This document shows positions 10,201-17,582 of a stretch of DNA of 64,000 nucleotides, piece by piece. Source of the stretch: Candidatus Poribacteria bacterium. GTDB lineage: Bacteria; Poribacteria; WGA-4E; WGA-3G. Positions within the stretch are counted from its first letter, which is position 1. The number at the start of each line of letters is the position of its first letter. Made by a program: the position numbers and the translations under genes. The notes beneath the pieces are model-generated. The model saw nothing but the letters and a program-made list of their open reading frames with translations. It was not told the DNA's origin and did not search any database. The stretch is taken from positions 4,925,696 through 4,989,695 of the forward strand of contig OZ242349.1 in the NCBI GenBank assembly GCA_965208635.1, written 5' to 3'.

Positions 10201-10813
10201 ACGGGACATTTCACGCTACAGTTACAACCTACCCGGGCAGTATATTCTACTCACCAAAAATGGAGTTAATGTAGAAAGAGATTACCCTGATATACATGAA
10301 CATCTAAAGTCGTTCGGGGATAAGTTCAGAAATCGTGGAGCACAGGGACAACATTGGACTAATTTAAGAGCTTGTTCATTCTATGACGACTTCAAAAAGG
10401 AAAAAATCGTGTGGATCGAATTGTCAGATTTGGGACGATTCGCACTTTGTAATGAGGAAATCTATCTACTCAACTCGGCGTACTTTTTATTACCACCTTT
10501 GGGTATAGACTCAAAATTCCTTCTTGGCATCCTAAATTCAAGCACAATTCGCTTTTACCTGAATCTTGTCGCAGAAACAAGCGGAATGGGAACAAGCCGT
10601 TGGATCAACAATTATGTGAAAGAATTCCCAATACCAATAGTTGCTTATGAACAACAAACTGAAATCATTGAACACGTCGATCAACTTCTTGCGATCAAGC
10701 GCGCTGACTCGGATGCGGACACTTCCAATCTTGAAAATGAGATTGACAAACTGGTATACGCCTTATACGACCTAACCGACGATGAGATTGCGATTGTGGA
10801 GGGAAAAGAATGA
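7262..10813 (+). CDS. Gamma-class N6-adenine DNA methyltransferase, large Type IIG / PglX-like architecture with a possible N-terminal PD-(D/E)xK region and a C-terminal target-recognition region
   Basis: Motif I LDPAVGSGAFPMGML near residue 531, then motif IV VIGNPPYISHD near residue 769. The I-then-IV order defines the gamma class. About 530 aa precede motif I, with a possible D-x12-ELK (SFDKG...AVELK). A 414-aa C-terminal region is markedly AT-rich. 1183 aa. Confidence 0.8.
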   Translation: MNKEAIKAALSAIPTGDFLEKSKDLLGTIGYRSELTLELSGTVHDFFDEFPPLNPNTKTEQEFRKHAESVQLVFQFTSDEIADDPQGTLFESASFDKGNIKSFLFCAVELKDNNYSRTKYAEFTREINKRLFAPTVILFRAGNHLTVAFADRRPDKTDEDRDVLGQVTLIKDIRLHNPHRAHLDILSELSLEACVKWIDEKQKPKNFDGLLGAWLAKLDTEELNKQFYRKLFAWYEWARKEATFPTDENRIIEPEEHVIRLITRLLFIWFIKEKGLVADALFNKSQIQDLLAEDDFDTGDSYYRAVLQNLFFATLNTEIDKRKFSTVGYATNRDFSRYRYKAQMPDPDKLLELFDQTPFINGGLFDCLDSWEATGQESYRIDCFSDNQYHKLSIPNRLFFHIEQGLIPLLEHYKFTVEENTPIEQEVALDPELLGRVFENLLAAYNPETGATVRKQTGSYYTPRAIVDYMVEEALVATLSQKCDPTDGDAQLWNERLRYLLDYAQAFDDANEWFDDAEKDAVVRVISELKILDPAVGSGAFPMGMLHKLTLALRRLDPDNTRWEKLQKERALQRAEIAFDTQDDPTRREELIEIDETFKRYRDSDFGRKLYLIQNSIFGIDIQPVACQIAKLRFFISLAIEQEPEQDTQNFGIKPLPNLETRFIAANTLIGLTAQRMLTSNTARDLERELGDNRERHFHATTRQRKREYQRKDEQLRSELAAELKSMGTPADDAEKIAKWDPYDQNATADWFDPEWMFGVIDGFDVVIGNPPYISHDKIPKQLKAQIKNHYQSYEPFADVYCYFIEKTLELQSKRSILSFITSNSYLRAEYGAPTRRLLLSKNILLRMLNIEDSQVFESAIVNVAIIVSRTPTNSTDDSCLVVNSPFSGNSFADFVKINGFNYPQSYFNSKSWNLAEPQLIELQKKLELSGKTLKEFQTKIRLGIATGSNEAFLINEDQKREFYEKNPVNAEIIKPILRGRDISRYSYNLPGQYILLTKNGVNVERDYPDIHEHLKSFGDKFRNRGAQGQHWTNLRACSFYDDFKKEKIVWIELSDLGRFALCNEEIYLLNSAYFLLPPLGIDSKFLLGILNSSTIRFYLNLVAETSGMGTSRWINNYVKEFPIPIVAYEQQTEIIEHVDQLLAIKRADSDADTSNLENEIDKLVYALYDLTDDEIAIVEGKE

Positions 10814-11235
10814 ATACAGGACTAAAGATTTTCATTACCTATGCCCATAAAAATTCAGAAGCAAAGGACGAATTGATAACCAGCCTTGCCGTCCTGAAGC
10901 AAAACGGATTAATAGATGTCTGGCACGACAACGAAATTCTACCTGGAGACAAATGGCGAGATGAAATTTTCAACAACCTTGCTGATTCGGACATTCTACT
11001 CTACCTTACCTGTCGGTATAGTCTTGCCTCTGAAAATTGCAATAAAGAATTAACTGCTGCGTTAAATCCAAATATAAGAGTGATTCCGATTATCCTTGAA
11101 CATTGCGATTGGCTAAATCACCAACTTAGCGATTTTCAAGCTCTACCGGATAAAGGTAAACCTATTAACGAGTGGCAACCTGAGAGCAAAGGGTGGTTAA
11201 ATGTACTGCCATCGGAAATTTGGACCACTCTCTAA
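10810..11235 (+). CDS. TIR-domain protein, start overlapping the methyltransferase stop (ATGA); 3' end replaced by IS-derived sequence
   Basis: IFITYAHKNSEAKDEL (TIR box 1, F-I/V-S/T-Y/H...D). ...DSDILLYLTCRYSLASENCNKELTAAL matches the S-x-W/N-C-x-x-E-L motif that carries the catalytic Glu of TIR NADases. The last 10 codons (VLPSEIWTTL*) come from the IS left end starting at 11202, so the native C-terminus is lost. Confidence 0.6.
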   Translation: MNTGLKIFITYAHKNSEAKDELITSLAVLKQNGLIDVWHDNEILPGDKWRDEIFNNLADSDILLYLTCRYSLASENCNKELTAALNPNIRVIPIILEHCDWLNHQLSDFQALPDKGKPINEWQPESKGWLNVLPSEIWTTL

Positions 11236-11360
11236 ACCAAGATTGTGATACAATAACAATCTATTTGAAAGGAGCATTCCGATGGCGAAACGCAGAAGAT
11301 TTACCCCCGAATTTAAAGCAGAAGTTGTGCTGGAGGCACTTCGCGGTGAAACTTCCCAAG
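11202..11360 (+). mobile_element. Partial (left-end, 159 bp) copy of the same IS3-family element in inverted orientation relative to the full copy; contains IRL and the first 26 codons of orfA
   Basis: Perfect reverse-complement identity of 11202-11360 to 12363-12521. Confidence 0.7.
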
Positions 11361-12170
11361 AGGTGTCAGATACCCTAACGCCGAATGCAGGCGTTTGAGA
11401 TTATACACCTGTGTGATAAAATGACCGATGCTTTGTCGAGCCTCGGTAATATCTTGATAATCATTGAGGTGGACTTCTTCTTCCTTGAGCGTTCGGATCA
11501 ATCTTTCAGCGTATCCATTCTCCCAAGGACACCCGCGGCGAGCTACCGAAATCTCAACACCGTATGCTTGGAGTGTTGCGATATACGCCTTTGAAAGATA
11601 CTGCACGCCTTGATCGGAATGATGAATCTCCGGAATCCTGTCGTGTAAAGCTTGCTCTAAGGGTTTCAAAGTCAGAGTTTGCGTCAAGTCTTGACTGAGG
11701 TTCCATCCTCGAATCATACGTGTGAAGACATCCATGAGCAGCGCGACATAGATGAAGCGTCTGTTGAGGCGGACGTAGGTGATATCGCCGACCCAGACTT
11801 GATCCTGTCGGGAGATCTCAAGCGTCTGTATTCTATTGACCCACGGGTGTGAACCTTCAAGGGACCTCGTGGTTTGACAGACCCGTTTCACCGAGACCGA
11901 GAGGTTATCTTCTTTCATCAACCGAGCGACGCGTCGATACCCAACAGGGTGTCCTTGATTCACCAACAGTTTGGTGATACGTCGATACCCGTAGGTGGGA
12001 TACCGGGCAGCTAACTGCTGTATGTCTGATCGCAGGACTTCTTCAGACGGGTCGCTTTTGGGGTGATAATAGAGCGTGCTCTTGTTGAAACCCAGCACCT
12101 CGCAAATCAGTCGAACCGAATACCTCGTCCGCAACTCCTCAACGATGCGTCGCTGTTGAGACGGGGTCAA
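11313..12170 (-). CDS. IS3-family transposase OrfB (DDE integrase domain); the reading frame runs about 48 nt past the inferred IS end into the inverted partial copy
   Basis: WVGDITYV...HSDQGVQY...NGYAE catalytic-triad context; C-terminal LHSALGYLTP. Confidence 0.75.
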   Translation of the reverse strand: MTPSQQRRIVEELRTRYSVRLICEVLGFNKSTLYYHPKSDPSEEVLRSDIQQLAARYPTYGYRRITKLLVNQGHPVGYRRVARLMKEDNLSVSVKRVCQTTRSLEGSHPWVNRIQTLEISRQDQVWVGDITYVRLNRRFIYVALLMDVFTRMIRGWNLSQDLTQTLTLKPLEQALHDRIPEIHHSDQGVQYLSKAYIATLQAYGVEISVARRGCPWENGYAERLIRTLKEEEVHLNDYQDITEARQSIGHFITQVYNLKRLHSALGYLTPLGKFHREVPPAQLLL

Positions 12171-12521
12171 TCCAACAATGTCGATGCTTTTTTTTGAATC
12201 TCCATCGCCAGGGTCAACCGTCCAACGAGTTGCTCAAGTTGAGCCACCCGTTCTACGGACTCGCTCGACTGCTTATCCGTAGCGTCAAAGAGCGTCGCTA
12301 TATTTTCAACGACTTGCTGCTTCCACTTTGAGACTTGGTCTGCACTTAGATTATGGTGCCGACACAATTCCGCTTGGGAAGTTTCACCGCGAAGTGCCTC
12401 CAGCACAACTTCTGCTTTAAATTCGGGGGTAAATCTTCTGCGTTTCGCCATCGGAATGCTCCTTTCAAATAGATTGTTATTGTATCACAATCTTGGTTTA
12501 GAGAGTGGTCCAAATTTCCGA
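11364..12521 (-). mobile_element. IS3-family insertion sequence (orfA plus orfB with an A8G -1 frameshift site), about 1.16 kb; left terminus TGTACTGCCATCGG... at 12521
   Basis: OrfA is an HTH/leucine-zipper protein (MAKRRRFTPEFKAEVV...). OrfB is a DDE transposase ending with the ...HSALGYLTP motif typical of IS3 OrfB. Slippery AAAAAAAAG lies at the orfA/orfB overlap (+ strand 12186-12196 TTTTTTTT). The right boundary is inferred from where the inverted duplicate ends and is uncertain by a few nt. Confidence 0.75.
12167..12451 (-). CDS. IS3-family transposase OrfA (HTH DNA-binding)
   Basis: 94 aa, MAKRRRFTPEFKAEVVLEAL... typical IS3 OrfA; overlaps orfB at the A8G slippery site. Confidence 0.8.
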   Translation of the reverse strand: MAKRRRFTPEFKAEVVLEALRGETSQAELCRHHNLSADQVSKWKQQVVENIATLFDATDKQSSESVERVAQLEQLVGRLTLAMEIQKKASTLLD

Positions 12522-12938
12522 TGGCAGTACACGGATTGATCGTTGTTGTCAAGTGAAAAACCGCCAAGTCGGGTGACAAGACGGTTTTCTTGACAATCCG
12601 TATACTTTGATGTTATCAAAGCATCAGCGGCGGATGCGTCGCGGATCGCTCACCTTGAGCAGCTCGTTGGGTGTCTAACAGTCGCCTTAGACATTGAAAA
12701 AAAAGCCGCGAAGTGGTTGAACTAACGGCATCAAAGAAACGAGAAATGGTGGAAAAAGTGCACTTAGTAAGTGGCTTACTTCTTTTTAAACTCTCATACT
12801 ATCCTTGATAAACTTGGCAAACATATCTCTACTCCGATAGTTATATTTATAGCACGCTTCAGCGAGATATAGAGGCGTGTATCCTGTTGAGTAGTGGTGG
12901 TGTGAACCATACCATGCCCGTTTGACGAAAGACCTATC

Positions 12939-12980
12939 TAAAAACCGCGAAACCTCCTATCGGTCTCGCGGTTTTTTATT
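12939..12980. terminator. Hairpin AAAACCGCGA-loop-TCGCGGTTTTTT (intrinsic-terminator-like, possibly bidirectional) in a 0.9 kb ORF-free region
   Basis: 10-bp stem including a GC core, followed by a T6 tract and preceded by an A-tract; no intact gene upstream. Confidence 0.3.
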
Positions 12981-13447
12981 GCCTACAAACAGCCAAAGTG
13001 TTAGAATGCATAAAAAGAGCTAAAGTAGAAATAACGTGAAACCAAAATTAACCATCCCCCAATCTACTAACTGCGAAATGTTATATTAGATTTAACCAAT
13101 CCCAAAACGACTTATTGCGAAAGATTATATCAAATCTCCTCGAAATCCGCAAAACCGTGTTATAGCACAAAAAAGCGTCTTCATTCGGCCTCCACAAGGT
13201 TTTCTTGAACAAAAACAATACACCGTCATTGATATTCCCGGATCGCTCAAAGAACCCATATTAGACCACCTGCAAAAACAACACGGCATCTCAACGCGAG
13301 ACGTCTACAACGATCTCCATGGATTTATTAGAGACCAGAGCAGCCACCAGAAAACCGCTATAGAAATTTATCAAGCCGAAATGGAGTTGATCGAAAATAC
13401 TTTGAAAACTTGATACACTCAATACCAAACAGAACGGAGGCATAAAC

Positions 13448-14251
13448 ATGAAGACCGAAGTTGTCCAGGATCCTAACGAAAACGCCATCCAACGTTTTAC
13501 CAAACTCATTATGGAAAGACCAAGTTTTGCCACGCCCTATAACTATAGAGGCATCGCGTATGGCAATATCGGCGAAATTGACCGCGCCATTGAAGACTTT
13601 AACACGGCAATTAGACGCAAGGACAACTATGCCGAAGCCTATAGCAACCGTGGCAGCGCATACCGTATCAAAGGGGATTACGATCGCGCCATCACAGATT
13701 GTAACACAGCGATAAAATTGGATCCTGATTTGCCAGAGGCATATAACAACCGTGGGATCGTTTATAAACTCAAGGGTGAGACAGATCGCGCCATTGAAGA
13801 CTATAACACAGCCATAACGCTCGATCCGAACTTTGCTTATGGCTATTACAATCGCGGTATTGTCTACCACGAAAGAGACGAGTTTGATCATGCCATCAAA
13901 GACTACACCAAAGCAATAGAACTGAGGCCAAATCTTGTCCATCCTTACAACCATCGTGGTAACGCTTATTCCCAACAAGGGAAATATAAACTTGCTATCA
14001 AGGACTATAACGAGGCGATACAACGCAAGCCGGATTTAGCAAAGCCATACTACAATCGCGGTATGGTGTTTGTACGCTTGCAAGAATGGGAAAAAGCCAA
14101 AGAAAATCTTACGACTGCCAGAGACAAGCAGGAAAATATTATCCCTGAACAGTTTCGCAAAGAATACGAAAACGTTGCCGATTTTGAGCAGAAATATGAG
14201 ATTAAACTACCGGAAGACATTGCCGCACTGCTAACTCCCTCGCAGGCATAG
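13448..14251 (+). CDS. TPR-repeat protein (about seven regular 34-aa repeats)
   Basis: Repeating AYNNRGIAY..G..D.AI.D.N.AI.L.P pattern; GGAGG RBS 6 nt upstream of the ATG. Confidence 0.7.
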   Translation: MKTEVVQDPNENAIQRFTKLIMERPSFATPYNYRGIAYGNIGEIDRAIEDFNTAIRRKDNYAEAYSNRGSAYRIKGDYDRAITDCNTAIKLDPDLPEAYNNRGIVYKLKGETDRAIEDYNTAITLDPNFAYGYYNRGIVYHERDEFDHAIKDYTKAIELRPNLVHPYNHRGNAYSQQGKYKLAIKDYNEAIQRKPDLAKPYYNRGMVFVRLQEWEKAKENLTTARDKQENIIPEQFRKEYENVADFEQKYEIKLPEDIAALLTPSQA

Positions 14252-14725
14252 CAGTAAAGTGATGTATCGCCGGTTTGCAAAATGTTGCACTTTCCGCCAA
14301 ATTATTTTTTTCGCACAGAAAAATCGAATAAAAAAACGCGCCTAAACCCACACACGCATTGGATTCTCAGACAATTTTAGCAAGTTATCCAAAATACAAA
14401 AAAAGTTACCAAATCGTAACTTTTTAGCAAATGAGTTAAAAATAAATTAACGTATGTTATCCATAAAGACTCATTGAAAACCGAGTCTGAAGTTTCAGAG
14501 TAAGCATTTCAGAAATCGCCTATCAAAACCACTCGAAACCCAGTCAGGGTCTATATTCACAACCTTTTTAAAATCCACCCTTCTTTAAATTTTACTCTGA
14601 ATACTCTGAAACTCGCCACATTTTCTTATCCCTATGTCTGAGCCGTGTCTCTGGGATCGCGATCCTATTGACTGCTAACTACTGAATGCTTCTGAAGGGT
14701 GTGTAAATATTTTGTCAAAATCCTG

Positions 14726-14957
14726 TAGGTTGGGTTGAACGAGGCCTGATTGAAGACCTCATAGCGGCGATGATTCTCAAACGCACAAAGCACCTGAACG
14801 CACCAGAATACAAGTGAAACCCAACGCCTTTTCACACCAGCACCGTTTGGGACGTTGGGTTTTGCTATCTCTATTTACACAGAACAGGTCATTGAAATAG
14901 CGGAGTTGCCGGGGGTAAACTCCAGTGTCTTGGTTTTTACCGCTCAACCCAACCTAC
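14726..14957. mobile_element. MITE-like element, copy 2 (same inverted termini as 6929-7169)
   Basis: GTAGGTTGGGTTGAACG ... GCTCAACCCAACCTAC; internal GTGAAACCCAACGCC / CGTTGGGTTTTGC blocks shared with copy 1. ORF 14855..15193 inside it is spurious. Confidence 0.55.
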
Positions 14958-15116
14958 GATTATACCGAATGCCAGAAATTTTACACACCCCTTCTGAACA
15001 AAAAACCTTGAAAAAAGTATCCAAATATGAGATAATGTCTCTTGGAATCAAAATACCATATAGGGCGAAACTTACAGGTTTCCCATTCTACACAAACAAA
15101 GGAGCAAATACACAAG

Positions 15117-16289
15117 ATGCCACTGAACAGGAAAGTCCGTTACGGCATGGTAGGGGGTGGACCGGATGCCTTCATCGGTGCTGTCCATCGTAAAGCCGCG
15201 GCACTCGATGGAGAAATAGATCTCGTTGCGGGTGCGTTCTCATCGTCACCCGAAAAATCCAACCAACAAGGTGCCGAACTCTTCCTTGACGCGAGTCGGG
15301 TCTATGGATCCTACAAAGAAATGGCAGAGAAAGAGAGCCAACTTCCCGAAGGCGAACGTATTGATTTTGTCTCAATCGTGACACCGAACCACATTCATTT
15401 CGATGTCGCCAAAACCTTTATCGAAGCCGGTTTTCACGTCGTCTGTGATAAACCCATGACAACAACCGTTGCCGATGCTGAAGCGTTATGCCACCTTGTC
15501 AAAGAACACGATGTCGTTTTCGCACTCACACACAACTACACAGGCTACCCAATGGTGAAGCAGGCACGAGAACTCGTGAAAGAAGGAAAACTCGGAACAC
15601 TTCGCAAAATCGTCGTTGAGTACCCTCAAGGCTGGCTCGCCACATTTTTAGAGGACGAAGGCGCGAAACAAGCCGTCTGGCGCACTGATCCGAATCAAGC
15701 GGGTGCCTCCTCATGTATCGGGGACATCGGTTCCCACGCAGAAAATTTGGCACATTATATCACCGGACTCGAAATCGAAGAAATTTGTGCCGACATGACC
15801 ACTTTTGTAGAGGGACGCCTGTTAGAAGACGATGGAAATCTACTCGTGCATTATGAAAACGGAGTCCGCGGCGTGCTTTATGCGTCCCAAATCTCGGTAG
15901 GTGAAGAGAACAACCTGCGTATCCGTGTTTACGGCACCGATGCATCGCTGGAATGGCATCAGGAAAATCCGAACTATCTCTATGTTCGCTTCCCCGATGG
16001 TCCCGAACAGGTCTACAAACGCGGCAACGACTATCTATCTGAGGTCGTTCAACACAACTCGCGGATACCTTTCGGACACCCTGAAGCTTTCATAGAGGCA
16101 TTCGCAAATATTTATGTAAACGCCGCACGGACAATAGCCGCGAACATCGCTGGCGAAGCCCCAGCTGAATTCGACACAGATTTTCCAACCGTTCAAGATG
16201 GTGCTCGCGGGGTACACTTCATCAATGCCGCTGTAGACAGTGGTAAACAACGCGCCTGGATCGATGCGAGTTATACGCCGCCAGCGTAA
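15117..16289 (+). CDS. Gfo/Idh/MocA family NAD(P)-dependent oxidoreductase
   Basis: N-terminal Rossmann motif VRYGMVGGG; ATG at 15117 preceded by AAAGGAG. The ORF-track start at 15042 is a TTG. Confidence 0.7.
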   Translation: MPLNRKVRYGMVGGGPDAFIGAVHRKAAALDGEIDLVAGAFSSSPEKSNQQGAELFLDASRVYGSYKEMAEKESQLPEGERIDFVSIVTPNHIHFDVAKTFIEAGFHVVCDKPMTTTVADAEALCHLVKEHDVVFALTHNYTGYPMVKQARELVKEGKLGTLRKIVVEYPQGWLATFLEDEGAKQAVWRTDPNQAGASSCIGDIGSHAENLAHYITGLEIEEICADMTTFVEGRLLEDDGNLLVHYENGVRGVLYASQISVGEENNLRIRVYGTDASLEWHQENPNYLYVRFPDGPEQVYKRGNDYLSEVVQHNSRIPFGHPEAFIEAFANIYVNAARTIAANIAGEAPAEFDTDFPTVQDGARGVHFINAAVDSGKQRAWIDASYTPPA

Positions 16290-16432
16290 TAGTTGTCAGT
16301 ACGCATTGGTCGCAATGCTTTCAGTTGTCGGTTAAGAAACGGCTTGTGGCAAACACAACTTATGCAACCGCCAGAAGCATTAACCGAAAACCGATAACCA
16401 AAAACTGATAACCGTAAAAAAGGAGTTACACT

Positions 16433-17431
16433 ATGGCAAGACCTGTAACACTCTTTACAGGCCAATGGGCAGACTTAACATTAGAAGAATTAGCAGAAAA
16501 AGCGAGTGGATTTGGCTATGATGGTTTAGAACTCGCCTGCTGGGGCGACCATTTCGAGGTAGACAAGGCACTCGCAGACGATAGCTACTGCCAAGGCAGA
16601 CACGATCTACTCGCAAAATACGGTCTCAAAGTTTGGTCAATCAGCAATCACCTTGTCGGACAGGCAGTCTGCGATAATATTGACAGCCGACATCAAGGCA
16701 TCGTATCAGAGACGATCTGGGGCGACGGAGATCCCGCAGGCGTTCAGGAACGTGCCGCCGAAGAGATGAAAAACACAGCGCGCGCTGCCGCGAAACTTGG
16801 CGTAAACGTCGTCAACGGTTTCACCGGTAGCTCAATATGGCATCTTCTGTACTCTTTCCCTCCGAACGACCCAGCACAAATTGATGCCGGTTTTGAAGAT
16901 TTCGCCAACCGCTGGAACCCGATTTTCGATGTTTTCGACGAAGTCGGTGTTAAATTTGGGCTTGAAGTTCACCCCACCGAAATCGCCTTTGACATCGTCA
17001 CCGCAGAACGTGCTATTGAGGCAGTCAACGGCAGAGAAGCATTCGGATTCAATTATGACCCCAGCCATCTCGGCTATCAAGGCGTTGACTATGTAGCGTT
17101 CCTTGAACGGTTGAGTGATCGGATTTATCACGTCCACATGAAAGATGTTTGGTGGGCAGATACACCCCGTTTATCCGGTGTATTCGGCGGACATCTGAAC
17201 TTCGGGGACGCCCGCAGAAATTGGGACTTCCGTTCCATTGGTCGTGGTAACATTAACTTTGAAGAAATTATTCGCGCTCTCAACACCATGGAATATGACG
17301 GTCCCCTCTCCATTGAGTGGGAAGACAGCGGCATGGACAGAGAACACGGCGCACGCGAATCGTGTGCTGCTGTCAAGGGTTATGACTTTGAACCCTCTGC
17401 TGTTGCCTTTGATGCGGCGTTTGAAGAATAG
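16433..17431 (+). CDS. Sugar phosphate isomerase/epimerase (xylose-isomerase-like TIM barrel)
   Basis: Length and overall pattern (GYDGLEL, HVHMKD, metal-binding His/Glu/Asp spacing) fit AP endonuclease 2 / xylose-isomerase-like TIM barrels; AAGGAG RBS. Confidence 0.55.
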   Translation: MARPVTLFTGQWADLTLEELAEKASGFGYDGLELACWGDHFEVDKALADDSYCQGRHDLLAKYGLKVWSISNHLVGQAVCDNIDSRHQGIVSETIWGDGDPAGVQERAAEEMKNTARAAAKLGVNVVNGFTGSSIWHLLYSFPPNDPAQIDAGFEDFANRWNPIFDVFDEVGVKFGLEVHPTEIAFDIVTAERAIEAVNGREAFGFNYDPSHLGYQGVDYVAFLERLSDRIYHVHMKDVWWADTPRLSGVFGGHLNFGDARRNWDFRSIGRGNINFEEIIRALNTMEYDGPLSIEWEDSGMDREHGARESCAAVKGYDFEPSAVAFDAAFEE

Positions 17432-17444
17432 GATTAAGCAATCC

Positions 17445-17472
17445 CCCGGTAGGTGCGGTTTCAAACCGCACT
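17445..17472. repeat. REP-like hairpin, copy 3 (CCCCCGGTAGGTGCGGTTT ca AAACCGCAC), 14 nt after the stop of the 16433 gene
   Basis: Read directly. Confidence 0.5.
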
Positions 17473-17582
17473 TATCCCGTAGGCATCAGTAGACACAACT
17501 ATCCGTCTCAGGCAGGTTCCTCATCAATTTTAGATCGGCGTTGACAACAGAAACGCCCTTCAGACATGCATGGTAAAAAAAA

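Noticed and set aside
3575-11235. Calling the island DISARM or BREX
   Set aside because: DrmA (DUF1998-partner helicase) and DrmB, or BrxC and PglZ, are absent. The locus is bounded by an unrelated gene on the left and an IS on the right.
11193-11378. 61-aa ORF (and 12346..12579, 77 aa) spanning IS termini
   Set aside because: They are read-through of IS terminal inverted-repeat sequence, identical by construction because of the inverted duplication, with no RBS.
15042-15116. ORF-track 5' extensions starting at TTG/GTG (15042, 21246, 38063-region, 39195, 40942, 42885, 49407, 52258, 62317)
   Set aside because: The track treats TTG/GTG as Met. In each case a downstream in-frame ATG with an AGGAG-like RBS and a sensible N-terminus (Rossmann motif, signal peptide, lipobox) is preferred.
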